Assembly (NCBI GenBank): GCA_965233865.1
Contig: OZ247587.1
Location: 1,344,001-1,408,000 of the forward strand
Direction of reading: 5' to 3'
Origin: Candidatus Neptunichlamydia sp.
GTDB lineage: Bacteria > Chlamydiota > Chlamydiia > Chlamydiales > Simkaniaceae
Length of the DNA: 64,000 nucleotides
A program made the position numbers and the translations under genes. The notes under the pieces are model-generated. The model did no database searches. It was not told the DNA's origin and worked only from the letters and a program-made list of their open reading frames with translations. Below, one piece after another: positions 1-10,174 of this stretch (its first letter is position 1; every line of letters begins with the position of its first letter).

Positions 1-615
1 GGGCAACCAGCATTTGGAATCATATCCCCCTGCTTTGAACTTCAGAACCCTCCTCAGTTCGAAGATCAAGACGTTCCTTTAGCTCGAAAGCTTTTTGCTG
101 AAGCTTTAGATGAGATGGGCTTAACAACTGAAACGTTTCCTGTTGTAAGCCTCAAATATGTTGCAGGAGCTGAAAACTTAAGCCGTACTGTTCAAATTAC
201 GCAACAAAATTGGCAAGAAGCATTCGGTATTAAAGTCGAGCTTCAGCAGGCCGATTGGCCCTGCCATTTCTCTGCCATTCAAAAAGGAGATTATCAAATA
301 GGGGTAATGCGTTGGCTTTCTTATTTGTTTGATCCAATCTATATGCTAAAAACGTTCCAATATAAACATGATCTTGTCAATATGAGTAATTGGGAGGATA
401 AGAACTATCAGACTCTTCTTAAAAAGTCCAATTTTCAAGCGAATCCAAAGGAAAGGAATGCAACATTAGTCGAAGCTGAAAGAGCTCTTATGGATGAGAT
501 GCCTCTCATCCCTATATGTTTTCTCAATATCCAGTTTACAAAATCGGAGGAGCTTGCTGGTGTGATGATACCTCCGTCGGGTGAAATCGATTTTAAGTAT
601 GTTACCTTCCAATAG
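1..615 (+). CDS. oppA: Oligopeptide ABC transporter substrate-binding protein, C-terminal part (runs off the window start)
   Basis: Frame is open from base 1. Family-5 solute-binding C-terminal motifs: QQNWQEAFGIKVEL, GDYQIG..W, NMSNW, AERALMDEMPLIP. Confidence 0.85.
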   Translation, partial: GQPAFGIISPCFELQNPPQFEDQDVPLARKLFAEALDEMGLTTETFPVVSLKYVAGAENLSRTVQITQQNWQEAFGIKVELQQADWPCHFSAIQKGDYQIGVMRWLSYLFDPIYMLKTFQYKHDLVNMSNWEDKNYQTLLKKSNFQANPKERNATLVEAERALMDEMPLIPICFLNIQFTKSEELAGVMIPPSGEIDFKYVTFQ

Positions 616-1027
616 AGGAAATAGCTTCTTCTGTGTCGATCACTTCTGACAAATAATACTTCAATAATTTTAATATAAACTTGGGAGTATTATAGACGCC
701 TTTAGTTGAGAACACAATTTCAAGGTGTGGTCTGCTATTTGTGATTAGAGAAATTATCACAATAGTTGTGGGGTTTTCATCAACAATTTTAGGGACGATC
801 CAAATTGCAAATTGATGATTGAAAAGTGTGACTTTATCGGGTGTTTCAATCACATGAAAATAGTGAGGGAGTTGCTCTTGGTTATTATCTTCTTCAAACG
901 AGACATTAGTTAATAGACCCGTTTCTTCCAATAGCGACATGTCCACTTCAATAATACCTTCAGGAATCCATCTTGATAGGCTCGAAACAAACTCATTATA
1001 GGCTTGGTCTAGTTGTATGGGGTTCAT
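602..1027 (-). CDS. Conserved chlamydial hypothetical protein (resembles the CT550-type gene found beside dacC)
   Basis: 141-aa ORF with FHVIETPDKVTLFNHQFAIWIVP, divergent from dacC. Family assignment is from recollection. Confidence 0.7.
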   Translation of the reverse strand: MNPIQLDQAYNEFVSSLSRWIPEGIIEVDMSLLEETGLLTNVSFEEDNNQEQLPHYFHVIETPDKVTLFNHQFAIWIVPKIVDENPTTIVIISLITNSRPHLEIVFSTKGVYNTPKFILKLLKYYLSEVIDTEEAISSIGR

Positions 1028-1217
1028 TGATACTGCCCGTTAGCTCCTTTGTTACCACTCTCTTTTTTTTCATAGTGATGCGCATGTTTTTTTTAAAGAA
1101 TTGTTTCATTTATTAATTTTATTTAACTTTAAAGGTGCTAATTTTGAATTATTTAGATGATTAATGTTTCTTGAAAATTCATAATTTGTTACAAAGGATA
1201 GAAAATAAGGAATTCAA

Positions 1218-2495
1218 ATGCGGATCATTATTCTCCTTCTTTTCACGACAGCGCTTGCAGCAGAACCTCTAAATGTGAAAGTTTCTGCAAAATCAGCAAT
1301 CTTGATGAACGCTGAAACAGGTGCGATTCTTTATGAGAAAAAGGCAGATGAAAGAGCCTATCCCGCAAGCTTGACGAAGATTGCTACGGTCCTGTATGCA
1401 CTAAAACAGAATAAAAAAGATCTCGAAGAAATCGTTTCTTGTCCGCAACATTGTCTACGGCGGATGAACAAAAGTGTTAAAATTGCGCATAGCTATAAAG
1501 ATCCAGCCTATTTGTTGGAACCGGATGGAACGCATTTTTGGCTCAAGAAAGGCGAAGAAATACCCTTTCTAGATCTTCTCTATGGCACCTTACTTTCATC
1601 CGGAAATGATGCTTCAAACACCGTAGCAAACTATATTGGAGGAACGATTCCAAAATTCATGAATGGGATGAATACATTTCTAAAAGAGCTAGGATGTGAA
1701 GATACCCAGTTTATGAATCCCCATGGGTTGCATCATCCAAGTCATTGGTCAACAGCACGAGACATTGCGATTATTACAAAACATGCCCTTAAAGAAGATT
1801 TGATAAAGACAATTGCATCAACAAAGGAATATGAGCGGAGTCAAACAAATCTTCAAACAACAAAGAAAGTCACAAATCATGATCTACTGATCCTTCCAGG
1901 AAAGTTCTTTTACGCGCGTGCAATTGGAATGAAAACGGGATACCACTCTGATGCAGGCTATACCTATGCAAGTGTAGCTAGGGATGGAGATAGGACGTTA
2001 ATCACTGTTCTTTTAGGATGCGATGATCCTCATAAACGGTTTCGGGATGCGATTAGACTTTTTGAAGCTGCTTTTGATGAAGAAAAAGAAGAGCGCTTAT
2101 TATTTCGAAAAGAAGAAAATACCTTTAGCCGCGATTTAAAGGGAGCTAGGCAGGCCATGAAAGCAACCCTTACAGAGAATATTTTAATTTCCTATTTCCC
2201 TTCAGAAGAGCCTGATGTTACCATTGAATTGAACTGGGAACACATCAATCTTCCCATAAAACAGGGCAATTGTGTTGGAGCGATCAAAATTTTTAATCAG
2301 CAAGGACGAGAACTTTCAAGCTCTCCACTAGTTGCAACGATTGATGTTGAGCGTTCTCTTCCAGCTCTAATCAGTGCTGCCGCTCGGGGAGAGTGGACCT
2401 GTCCCTTAGAGTTCCAAAAACTTCTGATTCTTTTTTTAGGAATTGGGGTTATGGTAACTTTATTCGGACTCAGTCGGATTCAAAGCAAAGAATAG
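1218..2495 (+). CDS. dacC: D-alanyl-D-alanine carboxypeptidase (peptidase S11)
   Basis: Signal peptide, SxxK (PASLTK), SxN (SGND), NPHGL, KTG, and a C-terminal membrane anchor. Confidence 0.92.
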   Translation: MRIIILLLFTTALAAEPLNVKVSAKSAILMNAETGAILYEKKADERAYPASLTKIATVLYALKQNKKDLEEIVSCPQHCLRRMNKSVKIAHSYKDPAYLLEPDGTHFWLKKGEEIPFLDLLYGTLLSSGNDASNTVANYIGGTIPKFMNGMNTFLKELGCEDTQFMNPHGLHHPSHWSTARDIAIITKHALKEDLIKTIASTKEYERSQTNLQTTKKVTNHDLLILPGKFFYARAIGMKTGYHSDAGYTYASVARDGDRTLITVLLGCDDPHKRFRDAIRLFEAAFDEEKEERLLFRKEENTFSRDLKGARQAMKATLTENILISYFPSEEPDVTIELNWEHINLPIKQGNCVGAIKIFNQQGRELSSSPLVATIDVERSLPALISAAARGEWTCPLEFQKLLILFLGIGVMVTLFGLSRIQSKE

Positions 2496-3296
2496 AGATG
2501 AAAATTCCTCTAACCCTAATTCTTGGGGGCGCGTTGTTTTTGGAAGACCTAAAGATTCTAAAGCAGTTTCCACTTGATTTGATGGAAAAAGGGTTTTAAG
2601 GGAAGCACGCAGCATTTTCCGCCTTTGCTGAAAAGCCATTCGGATCAACTGAAAGAATGGATTGTATGGAGCCTTCACCGGTGGGGGATTCAACTTTAGC
2701 TCTAAGACCGCAGAGTCTACTTTTGGAGGAGGGTAAAAACAGGAGCGCGCAACGGTAAATAAGAGTTTTGGGTCTGCGTGGTATCTTGTAAAAAGAGAAA
2801 ATGAACTGTAGTCTTTTGACCCTTTCTCAGCAACGCACCTCTCTGCTACTTCCCTTTGAACCATTAAATGGACCGATTCAATCAGATGCGTTTTTGGTAA
2901 AAGCTTTTGAAGGATGATCCCAGTAATATTATAGGGGATGTTAGCAATGATTTTGACTTTCCCCCTGTCCTTCAAAAGAGAGTCTATTTGAACGTTTCTG
3001 AAATCGTCGATTAAGATTTCTAGCCTCCCGTTTTGCAAACGCTTTAAGTGCTTAGCAAGTTTCTCATCTTTTTCGATGACAATCACATGAGCTCTTGAAT
3101 CTAGAAGCGCTTCTGTAAGGACTCCAGGACCAGGACCGATCTCTAGAACTGTATCTTCATTTTTAAGCTGTGCAGCTGAAATCAACTTACGCAAGATATT
3201 GCCGTCGATAAGAAAGTTCTGAGAAAGTCCTTTTTTAGGCTCGATTCCTATCTCTTGTAAAAACTGGCGAAGTTCTGAAGGTTTATATAATGACAA
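2460..3296 (-). CDS. rsmA: 16S rRNA adenine dimethyltransferase
   Basis: KKGLSQNFL, EIGPGPG, ANIPYNIT, MVQREVAER, FYPPPKVDS. Start moved to the TTG at 3296 (LSLYKPSEL). Confidence 0.95.
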   Translation of the reverse strand: MSLYKPSELRQFLQEIGIEPKKGLSQNFLIDGNILRKLISAAQLKNEDTVLEIGPGPGVLTEALLDSRAHVIVIEKDEKLAKHLKRLQNGRLEILIDDFRNVQIDSLLKDRGKVKIIANIPYNITGIILQKLLPKTHLIESVHLMVQREVAERCVAEKGSKDYSSFSLFTRYHADPKLLFTVARSCFYPPPKVDSAVLELKLNPPPVKAPYNPFFQLIRMAFQQRRKMLRASLKTLFPSNQVETALESLGLPKTTRPQELGLEEFSSLFFALNPTESE

Positions 3297-4350
3297 AGGG
3301 GCGATAATCCTCAGGAAGTTCAAACTTCGGATCATCCATCTCATATCCAAAGCGGACTTTCAAAGCTTTGATATAGGACGTTTTTTCCTTATCTGACATT
3401 TCGAAAAGAAGCTCATTTTTCAATTTGTCGTGCATCTCATCGAAACCTTCTGGAAGGTTTCTAACCATATCCTTCAAATAAAAAATTCTGACCACATTAC
3501 TATTATCGAAACGGCTAACCTGACTTACTGGTGGGCTATAGGTATCAGGGGTAAGGGCTTTAATCACATCAAAATGCAGTTTTGAGATTTGGGGGGTTGC
3601 ACCTGAATAATTATCAGAAACACTAACGGAAATCCCTTCTCCATCAAGTTCTTCAACAACAGACTCTAGTGATCGGCTATGATCTTCTAAAAGGGTGTAG
3701 GCGTTCTTTGCTATCGTTTCGCAGATTTCCTTATCCTTTCCTCTAATTGATAGGACTTGATATTTCCATTCGTCTTCTGGGGGATTTCTTTCTAGGTAGT
3801 CGTCATAAGCTGCTTTGATGACTTGAGGAGTAATAACTTGAAAAGTTTTTGCATGGACCTTCATTCCAATTAGCTGTTGAGTAGTCAGTTCATTCCGAAT
3901 AATCTCACGTGCTTCTTCATACTGAAGATTAACCTTATCAAGGTTGGACATGATGTTAGGTCCAAAGCGTTCTTCTAAACCCTCTCGCACTTCGCCATCG
4001 CTAACTTTGATTTCTTTTTGTTCCGCATCTAGAAGAACCAACTCGTCTGCAACCATATCGTCAAGAGTAGCTTGCCAACGGGACATATAAAACTGGTATT
4101 TTTCTGGTGTAGAAGGAGTGTAGTCGGGGTAATAGTCGTAGAGAAAAAGATCCATCCGTTTGACAACATCATAAAGAGAAATAACTTTTCTATTGATCTT
4201 TGCTAGGGGGCGATTGTTGATCATTAGGCGTGGTTCTTTAGAAGCAGCACTTGTCTGATCGATAAATGAAGGAGCATCAATTGCCATTTCCGCACAAAGG
4301 GGAGAGAGAAGAGTTATAGAGAAAAAAATTAAACCGTAAGCTATTCGCAT
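3283..4350 (-). CDS. SurA N-terminal-domain periplasmic chaperone-like protein
   Basis: Signal peptide, NNRPLAKIN..VISLYDV and LVLLDAEQKEIKVSDGEV (SurA_N-like), degenerate parvulin-like C-terminal half. Confidence 0.7.
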   Translation of the reverse strand: MRIAYGLIFFSITLLSPLCAEMAIDAPSFIDQTSAASKEPRLMINNRPLAKINRKVISLYDVVKRMDLFLYDYYPDYTPSTPEKYQFYMSRWQATLDDMVADELVLLDAEQKEIKVSDGEVREGLEERFGPNIMSNLDKVNLQYEEAREIIRNELTTQQLIGMKVHAKTFQVITPQVIKAAYDDYLERNPPEDEWKYQVLSIRGKDKEICETIAKNAYTLLEDHSRSLESVVEELDGEGISVSVSDNYSGATPQISKLHFDVIKALTPDTYSPPVSQVSRFDNSNVVRIFYLKDMVRNLPEGFDEMHDKLKNELLFEMSDKEKTSYIKALKVRFGYEMDDPKFELPEDYRPFVII

Positions 4351-4364
4351 CTTAATCCTTGGAA

Positions 4365-5489
4365 TTATCTCTGCATTCTACTCAAAACCGCACAAAAAAA
4401 GCCATCCATCTCTCCATCTTTTGGAAAACTTTGGAATAATGGGCCCTCAAGTTTGAGATGATAGTTCTTCATAAAATGCTCAATTTGTCTTTCATTCTCC
4501 TCAGGAAGAATGCTGCATGTTGCATAAACGATCTTTCCATTCGGGCGCAAAAATTTCAAGGATTGATGAAAGATTTTTTGTTGCTCATCAACAAGTCGGA
4601 GCGTTGTTTCAGGTTTTAACTTCCATTTCATGTCTGGATTTCTACGGAGAGTTCCCGTTCCAGAGCAAGGAACATCGAGGAGGATCCAATCCATTTTTTC
4701 TAGCATGCCTTTTTTCTTTAGCTTTTGTTCATCTAGGATTTGTGCATTTTGGATGCCTGCCCGTTTCAGCCGTTTTTTTGCCTCTATGAGAGCGCGAGGA
4801 CGGATGTCATACAGATAAATTTGTCCTTTGTTCCCCATTTTTGGGGCAAAAGCTAACGTTTTTCCTCCCGAGCCAGCGCAATAATCGAGAATATGATCAT
4901 TTGGAGACACATTCAGGTGAGCAGCCACCAGTTGACTTCCCTCATCTTGGATTTCAAAGAGTCCCGCTTTAAACTCAGGAAGGGCAAAGAAATTGATTTT
5001 CTTATGGAAAATGATCCCTGCCTCAGAGTGTTTACACAGCGAGACGTCATATTCAGCTTCCCATTTATGAAATAAGTCTTCTCTGGACCCTTTAAGCAAG
5101 TTGACTCGTACCATTGTTGGCGCTTGCTTATTGGAGTTTAAACAAAATATTCGTGCTTTTGCGTCTCCGTAAGTTTCGACAAGATGGTCATAGAAAAACT
5201 TTGGAAAACTCACTTGAATATGGGGTGGAAGGTTTTCGATATTCTTTACTGGAAATTGCAAAAAAGCCTCTAGGCGATCTTCCCATGAGATAGGTTTCGA
5301 GCACTGAGCATCGACAAGTCCTCGCCAACGGACAATTCCATAGAGATTTTCGCAAATCTCCTGACGATCCTTTGAACCAACGCTCTTATTTGCCCGAAAA
5401 TAATCGCGTAAAAAAGCATCCAGAGGGAGGGTGGAATTTCCCCCGTCTTCTAATATTTTTAATAAATGGTGCTTTCGAAATAGCTTCAT
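4365..5489 (-). CDS. rsmB: RsmB/NOP (Fmu) family rRNA cytosine-C5 methyltransferase
   Basis: FEIQDEGSQ, DYCAGSGGK, DVPCSGTG, YATCS. Confidence 0.88.
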   Translation of the reverse strand: MKLFRKHHLLKILEDGGNSTLPLDAFLRDYFRANKSVGSKDRQEICENLYGIVRWRGLVDAQCSKPISWEDRLEAFLQFPVKNIENLPPHIQVSFPKFFYDHLVETYGDAKARIFCLNSNKQAPTMVRVNLLKGSREDLFHKWEAEYDVSLCKHSEAGIIFHKKINFFALPEFKAGLFEIQDEGSQLVAAHLNVSPNDHILDYCAGSGGKTLAFAPKMGNKGQIYLYDIRPRALIEAKKRLKRAGIQNAQILDEQKLKKKGMLEKMDWILLDVPCSGTGTLRRNPDMKWKLKPETTLRLVDEQQKIFHQSLKFLRPNGKIVYATCSILPEENERQIEHFMKNYHLKLEGPLFQSFPKDGEMDGFFCAVLSRMQR

Positions 5490-5644
5490 CCCCAGAAGCA
5501 TAACATAACGCTCTCTTTCTTGGCTAAAAGGGAGTTGAGAGTGTGCATTTATAAAGAACCCGTATTAAATTCTTAAATCATTTGTTATCAAATATATATC
5601 GGTGTCTTTTAAAAAAATCAGAATCTCTGCCTGAGCTAGTAATA

Positions 5645-5854
5645 TTACCAAAGGATCAAAACATGATGTGCGTTAACACAGCCTAAATTTTTTTCCGAGT
5701 ACCAGAACACCTTTTTATCGGATTTGGTCAACTGTTTTTTTATAAAGGAGACAGAATAAGAAAAATTCCCTTCCCCAACAAACAGCCTACTCTTACTGGT
5801 CTCTCCATTTTTATGGTGAGAACAAGGATTGTTGAAGCCCCTAACTTCCATCAT
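5645..5854 (-). pseudogene. Truncated DUF2431/BMT5-like methyltransferase-domain remnant
   Basis: RLFVGEGNFSYS matches the N-terminal signature of DUF2431 (LLVGEGNFSFS). The ORF is only 69 aa. Confidence 0.5.
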
Positions 5855-6004
5855 AACATTTTATTAATCAATTTCTTAACAGTCATCTTATAAAAAGAAA
5901 AGCATTAAGGATGCTCCTAAAAATTTCAAGGAAAATCTAGGCTTTTTCAGCGGTTCTGGTGCAAACTTCTTCTTGAAGAAGTTCCTGCTGCTTAAAAAAC
6001 ATAA

Positions 6005-6691
6005 TTATTTTTTTCTAGCCTTTAAAACTCCAGATAGTTTCTTTTGAAGCCTAGCTTTATCTATATCGTTTTTAGCTTCACATGGAGAAAGAGGACCATA
6101 TTTTTTCAGAATTTTTTTAGTGCCATCTCTTCTCTTCTTGGAAGGGGGTTTTGTGTGCGCTGTATATTTATTTGAGAGGCCTCCTCTCTTTATGGAGTTG
6201 CTTCCCAGCACGGGCTCTCTATCAATTCGGAAATCTACAGATTTTTTTGACTGATCCATCCATGGAGAATTTGCTTCTCTTTTTGGATTAATTAGTTCGA
6301 AGCCAAAGAACGAAGCAACAGTATTATAAATTCTCTGAAAAAAAGTAAGATTTTTATAACTATATGTTAAGTTTGTTTTTTTAAGAGGGATTTCAGTAGA
6401 TTGTATCCAATTAGATACCCGATCTTTAAGGGATTCTGTATTTACAAGAGTTTTTTCTTTGAGAGAAAATAACTGCATAACGCCTTTTTGATCAGGTGAA
6501 TCATAGCTTGACAAAGTAGATACCCTGGAAGCAGTTGCACTTAAAGAAGAGTTTTCGATTTCAGAGCTCGAATATGTTACTAAATCCATTTTACTATACT
6601 TATTATCAAGATCTTTTAAGTTTTGATAAGAAGGCGGCTTGACCGCATTTGCTTGTCCTAAAGTAGAGCTTAAATTTTTAATTCCGCACAT
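6005..6691 (-). CDS. Orphan Ser/Lys-rich hypothetical protein (possible secreted effector)
   Basis: 228-aa ORF in an AT-rich gap, Ser-rich N-terminus, basic clusters PPSKKRR and KARKK. Confidence 0.6.
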   Translation of the reverse strand: MCGIKNLSSTLGQANAVKPPSYQNLKDLDNKYSKMDLVTYSSSEIENSSLSATASRVSTLSSYDSPDQKGVMQLFSLKEKTLVNTESLKDRVSNWIQSTEIPLKKTNLTYSYKNLTFFQRIYNTVASFFGFELINPKREANSPWMDQSKKSVDFRIDREPVLGSNSIKRGGLSNKYTAHTKPPSKKRRDGTKKILKKYGPLSPCEAKNDIDKARLQKKLSGVLKARKK

Positions 6692-7021
6692 TTTAAAAAC
6701 CTCATTATAATAATATTTATTATAACATAATCTATATTAAAAATCTTTTTATTTTATTTAAAACATAAAATGTTAATTATAAAATAGATATGCATTCGAT
6801 ATAGTTATATGAGATCAAAACTTTGGAAGGGGCTTATCTACTGAATTTCAGCAAGCTATTGATAATGAAGTGGAAGGCTTCACAAGCGCGATCTTATTAA
6901 TTATTAAATAAGTCTATTTATGTTAAGATTCAATTAATGAGTATTGTAACTTAGATCAGGACCTATTTTGGGTTCTGTTGCAAAAACCTTGGTTCTCGAA
7001 TAGGAGACTTCATTTTTCTTC

Positions 7022-9949
7022 CTAATTGATTGGACCGTTTGGGAGGAAGAGCCCAGAATCGGGATCTTTTTTATAAGGATCACGGCGTTTCTTTCTTAAG
7101 TTTTGAAGAGGATTTTGCTCTTGTGGTGGCATCATCTCAAACTTAAAGAGAGCGTGGCCGATCTGGAGTTTAAGATCGCTGCTAAAGGAATCAAATAGAG
7201 CAAAGGCTTCATGTTTGAACTCAAGAAGAGGATCTTTCTGCCCAACAACCCGCATGTTCACCTCTGTGCGGAGGTGATCAATTGATAGGAGGTGGTCTTG
7301 CCATAGTTTATCAATGTTGTGCAGAAGGATACTTCGGATGACTTCATAAAGAACGGGATAGGCATTCACCTCTTTTCCTGCAGTTTCTTGAAGTGAAGCG
7401 ATTGTATGTGCTTCATGATCGAGTTTAGCTTTGAAGCTTTCGACAACCTGCTCAGAGGCTTTCTTTTCAATATCTTCAATTGTGAGATAGTCATCATCTA
7501 GCGCTCGCTCATCAATCGTGACAGGAAAATGGGTCATCAGCCAATCGGCGTATCCATGAGGATCCCAGCCTCCTTCTTCGGTTCGAGAGGTGAAGAATTG
7601 CCCTGCTACCTGAGAGCAGACTTCTTCGAGGACCTCTTCAGCAAGGTCAATAGAGGATTCTTGTTTTAAGATGTCGTTGCGGAATGCGTACACTTCTTTC
7701 CGCTGCTTATTCATCACGTCGTCATATTGCAGCGTATGTTTACGGATTGAGTAGTTTCGTTGTTCTACCCGTTTTTGTGCTGTTTCGATTGAGTGGTTAA
7801 GGATTTTTGCGGTGATCGGCTCCCCTTCAGGAGGGCGGAATCGCTGCAAGAAAGAGGTGAGTTTTGGAGAAGTGAAAAGCCTCAGAAGTTGGTCTTCAAA
7901 CGAGACATAAAATTTCGAAGTCCCGGGGTCTCCTTGACGGGCACAACGTCCACGAAGCTGTCGATCAATGCGTCTAGATTGGTGGCGAGTTGTCCCGATG
8001 ACATGAAGTCCACCGGTCTTAGCAACTTCGTCGCCCAGTTTAATATCAGTTCCTCGTCCCGCCATGTTTGTGGCAACGGTAATCGCTCCAGGCTGCCCCG
8101 CTTGCGCGATGATCTCTGCTTCCTTAGAGTGATTCTTTGCGTTGAGGATGGTGTAAGTCAGCTTGTTTTGTTTTAGGATCCGAGCAAGTTTCTCAGAAAC
8201 TTCAACCGATTCTGTTCCGATTAAGATGGGGCGCCCATTTTCATTGACTTCGATAATGTCTTTGATAATTGCGTTATATTTTTCCCGTTCTGACATGTAG
8301 ATTTCATCGTCAAAATCTTTTCTAACACATTTTTTATGAGTGGGGATATCCAAGACATCGATCTTATAAATTTCTTTCAGTTCGTTGGCTTCAGTCATTG
8401 CTGTACCAGTCATTCCAGCAAGCTTGTCATACATTCTGAAATAGTTTTGCAGGGTTATCGTGGCATAGGTCTGTGTCTCTTGCTGGATCGAAACCGATTC
8501 TTTTGCTTCAATAGATTGGTGCAAACCATCTGAAAAGCGACGTCCAGGTTGCGGACGTCCAGTATTCTCGTCGATGATGACGATTTTTTTCTCTTGAACG
8601 ATGTAATCGACATCTTTCTCCATTAGAAGATGAGCACGGAAGAGCTGACGCAAGTTATGAGAACGTTCTTTTCTTCTGCTATCTTCTTCCCGAAGAGCAA
8701 CTTTTTTCTGCATTCTTTCTTGGTCGGAAAGAGCAGGATTTCCATCTATATTTGCATACTCATGACCCAGGTCAAGCATCACAAAGTCATTTTTAGCTTC
8801 TTCGTTATCTCCTGTCCATGAGGCGATTCCCTTATCGGTCAATTCATGCTCGTTAGCTCGTTCGTCAACGATAATGTATAGATTTGCAAGCATTTCGTGA
8901 CGTTCTTCTTTATTCGCTTCTGAGTGAAAATAGGTTTCCCATTTTTCCATTATAGCTCGGAGCTCAGAATTTTCTTTGAGTCTTTTAAGGATCTTATTTT
9001 GAGGGGTTCCTTTCCCTACAAGCCATAGACTGCGGAATGCCTCTTCTTCTTCCTTGCCTTCTTGTTTAGAGAGTTTTTCTTGCTCTTCGACTTCTTTGAG
9101 ACGCCCCAATTTTTCAAGCGTCTTACGGGCATCGGAGGCAAGTTTATTACAATGGTCTCTTTGCAGACGGACAATACGCGAGACTTCATTTTTTAGTTCA
9201 TCGTACATCTGTCTAGATTGAGCAGCAGGCCCGGAGATAATGAGGGGAGTTCGTGCTTCGTCGATTAAGATAGAGTCGACTTCATCAATAATAGCAAAGT
9301 GGTAGCCCCGTTGACACTGCTCATCAATTGAATGGGCCATAGAGTTATCGCGCAGGTAGTCGAATCCAAACTCAGAAGCCGTCCCATATACGATATCTGA
9401 TTGATAAATCTCTTTTCTCTCATGGGGAGGAACACTATTTGTTAGAAATTTAACCGTTAGGCCAAGCCATCGGAAAATTTCCCCGACCCATTCACAGTCA
9501 CGGCTTGCTAAGTAATCATTAACGGTGACCAAGTGAACGGGTGCGCCCGTCAGGGTGTTAAGAAATAAAGGCATGGATGCGGTCAACGTTTTCCCTTCAC
9601 CCGTTTGCATCTCAGAGATACATCCGTTGTGCATGGCGATACCGCCGATTAGTTGCACATCATAGGGAACCATGTCCCACTTTTGATCATAGCCTGAAAC
9701 GTGAATGTCAGTTCCGACCAAGCGGCGGCACACATTTTTAACAAGAGCATAGGCTTCTGGAAGGAGGTCATCAACCGTCTCGCTTCCCTTTAGCCTTTCG
9801 CGAAACTCTGAAACCTTTTCCTTTGCTTGTGCATCAGACAAGGATTGGTACTCTTCTTCAAGCGCGTTAATCTTTTTAACAATTTTCTGAAACCGGTTCA
9901 CCTGACGACTCTGAGCCGTACCAAAGATTTTTTTGATCAAACCAAACAT
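7022..9949 (-). CDS. secA: Preprotein translocase subunit SecA
   Basis: EMQTGEGKT, IIDEVDSILIDEARTPLIIS, NMAGRGTDI, QLRGRCARQGDPG. Confidence 0.99.
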   Translation of the reverse strand: MFGLIKKIFGTAQSRQVNRFQKIVKKINALEEEYQSLSDAQAKEKVSEFRERLKGSETVDDLLPEAYALVKNVCRRLVGTDIHVSGYDQKWDMVPYDVQLIGGIAMHNGCISEMQTGEGKTLTASMPLFLNTLTGAPVHLVTVNDYLASRDCEWVGEIFRWLGLTVKFLTNSVPPHERKEIYQSDIVYGTASEFGFDYLRDNSMAHSIDEQCQRGYHFAIIDEVDSILIDEARTPLIISGPAAQSRQMYDELKNEVSRIVRLQRDHCNKLASDARKTLEKLGRLKEVEEQEKLSKQEGKEEEEAFRSLWLVGKGTPQNKILKRLKENSELRAIMEKWETYFHSEANKEERHEMLANLYIIVDERANEHELTDKGIASWTGDNEEAKNDFVMLDLGHEYANIDGNPALSDQERMQKKVALREEDSRRKERSHNLRQLFRAHLLMEKDVDYIVQEKKIVIIDENTGRPQPGRRFSDGLHQSIEAKESVSIQQETQTYATITLQNYFRMYDKLAGMTGTAMTEANELKEIYKIDVLDIPTHKKCVRKDFDDEIYMSEREKYNAIIKDIIEVNENGRPILIGTESVEVSEKLARILKQNKLTYTILNAKNHSKEAEIIAQAGQPGAITVATNMAGRGTDIKLGDEVAKTGGLHVIGTTRHQSRRIDRQLRGRCARQGDPGTSKFYVSFEDQLLRLFTSPKLTSFLQRFRPPEGEPITAKILNHSIETAQKRVEQRNYSIRKHTLQYDDVMNKQRKEVYAFRNDILKQESSIDLAEEVLEEVCSQVAGQFFTSRTEEGGWDPHGYADWLMTHFPVTIDERALDDDYLTIEDIEKKASEQVVESFKAKLDHEAHTIASLQETAGKEVNAYPVLYEVIRSILLHNIDKLWQDHLLSIDHLRTEVNMRVVGQKDPLLEFKHEAFALFDSFSSDLKLQIGHALFKFEMMPPQEQNPLQNLRKKRRDPYKKDPDSGLFLPNGPIN

Positions 9950-10051
9950 CGTTACCTAATTTTTGTTTAACTGGTCAGCATAGCGCAAAAACTGATTTTA
10001 TACCATCCATCAAAAATATAGTGGTGAATGAAGTTTCATTTTTTATAAAAC

Positions 10052-10144
10052 AACCTAGGTTTTGAGTGTGTTTTTGCTTATTTTTATAGGAAATTTAAGC
10101 GAAAGATACCTGAGAATGAGCGAAATACACTCAAAACTTAGGTT
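10052..10144. repeat. 93-bp imperfect inverted repeat (long hairpin) in the secA-psd divergent intergenic region
   Basis: aacctaggttttgagtgtgtttttgcttattt pairs with gaatgagcgaaatacactcaaaacttaggtt. Apart from a 1-nt bulge, the mismatches are G-U compatible on the + strand. Confidence 0.8.
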
Positions 10145-10174
10145 AAAATAGAATGTCGTGTTACTGTTAAATCT

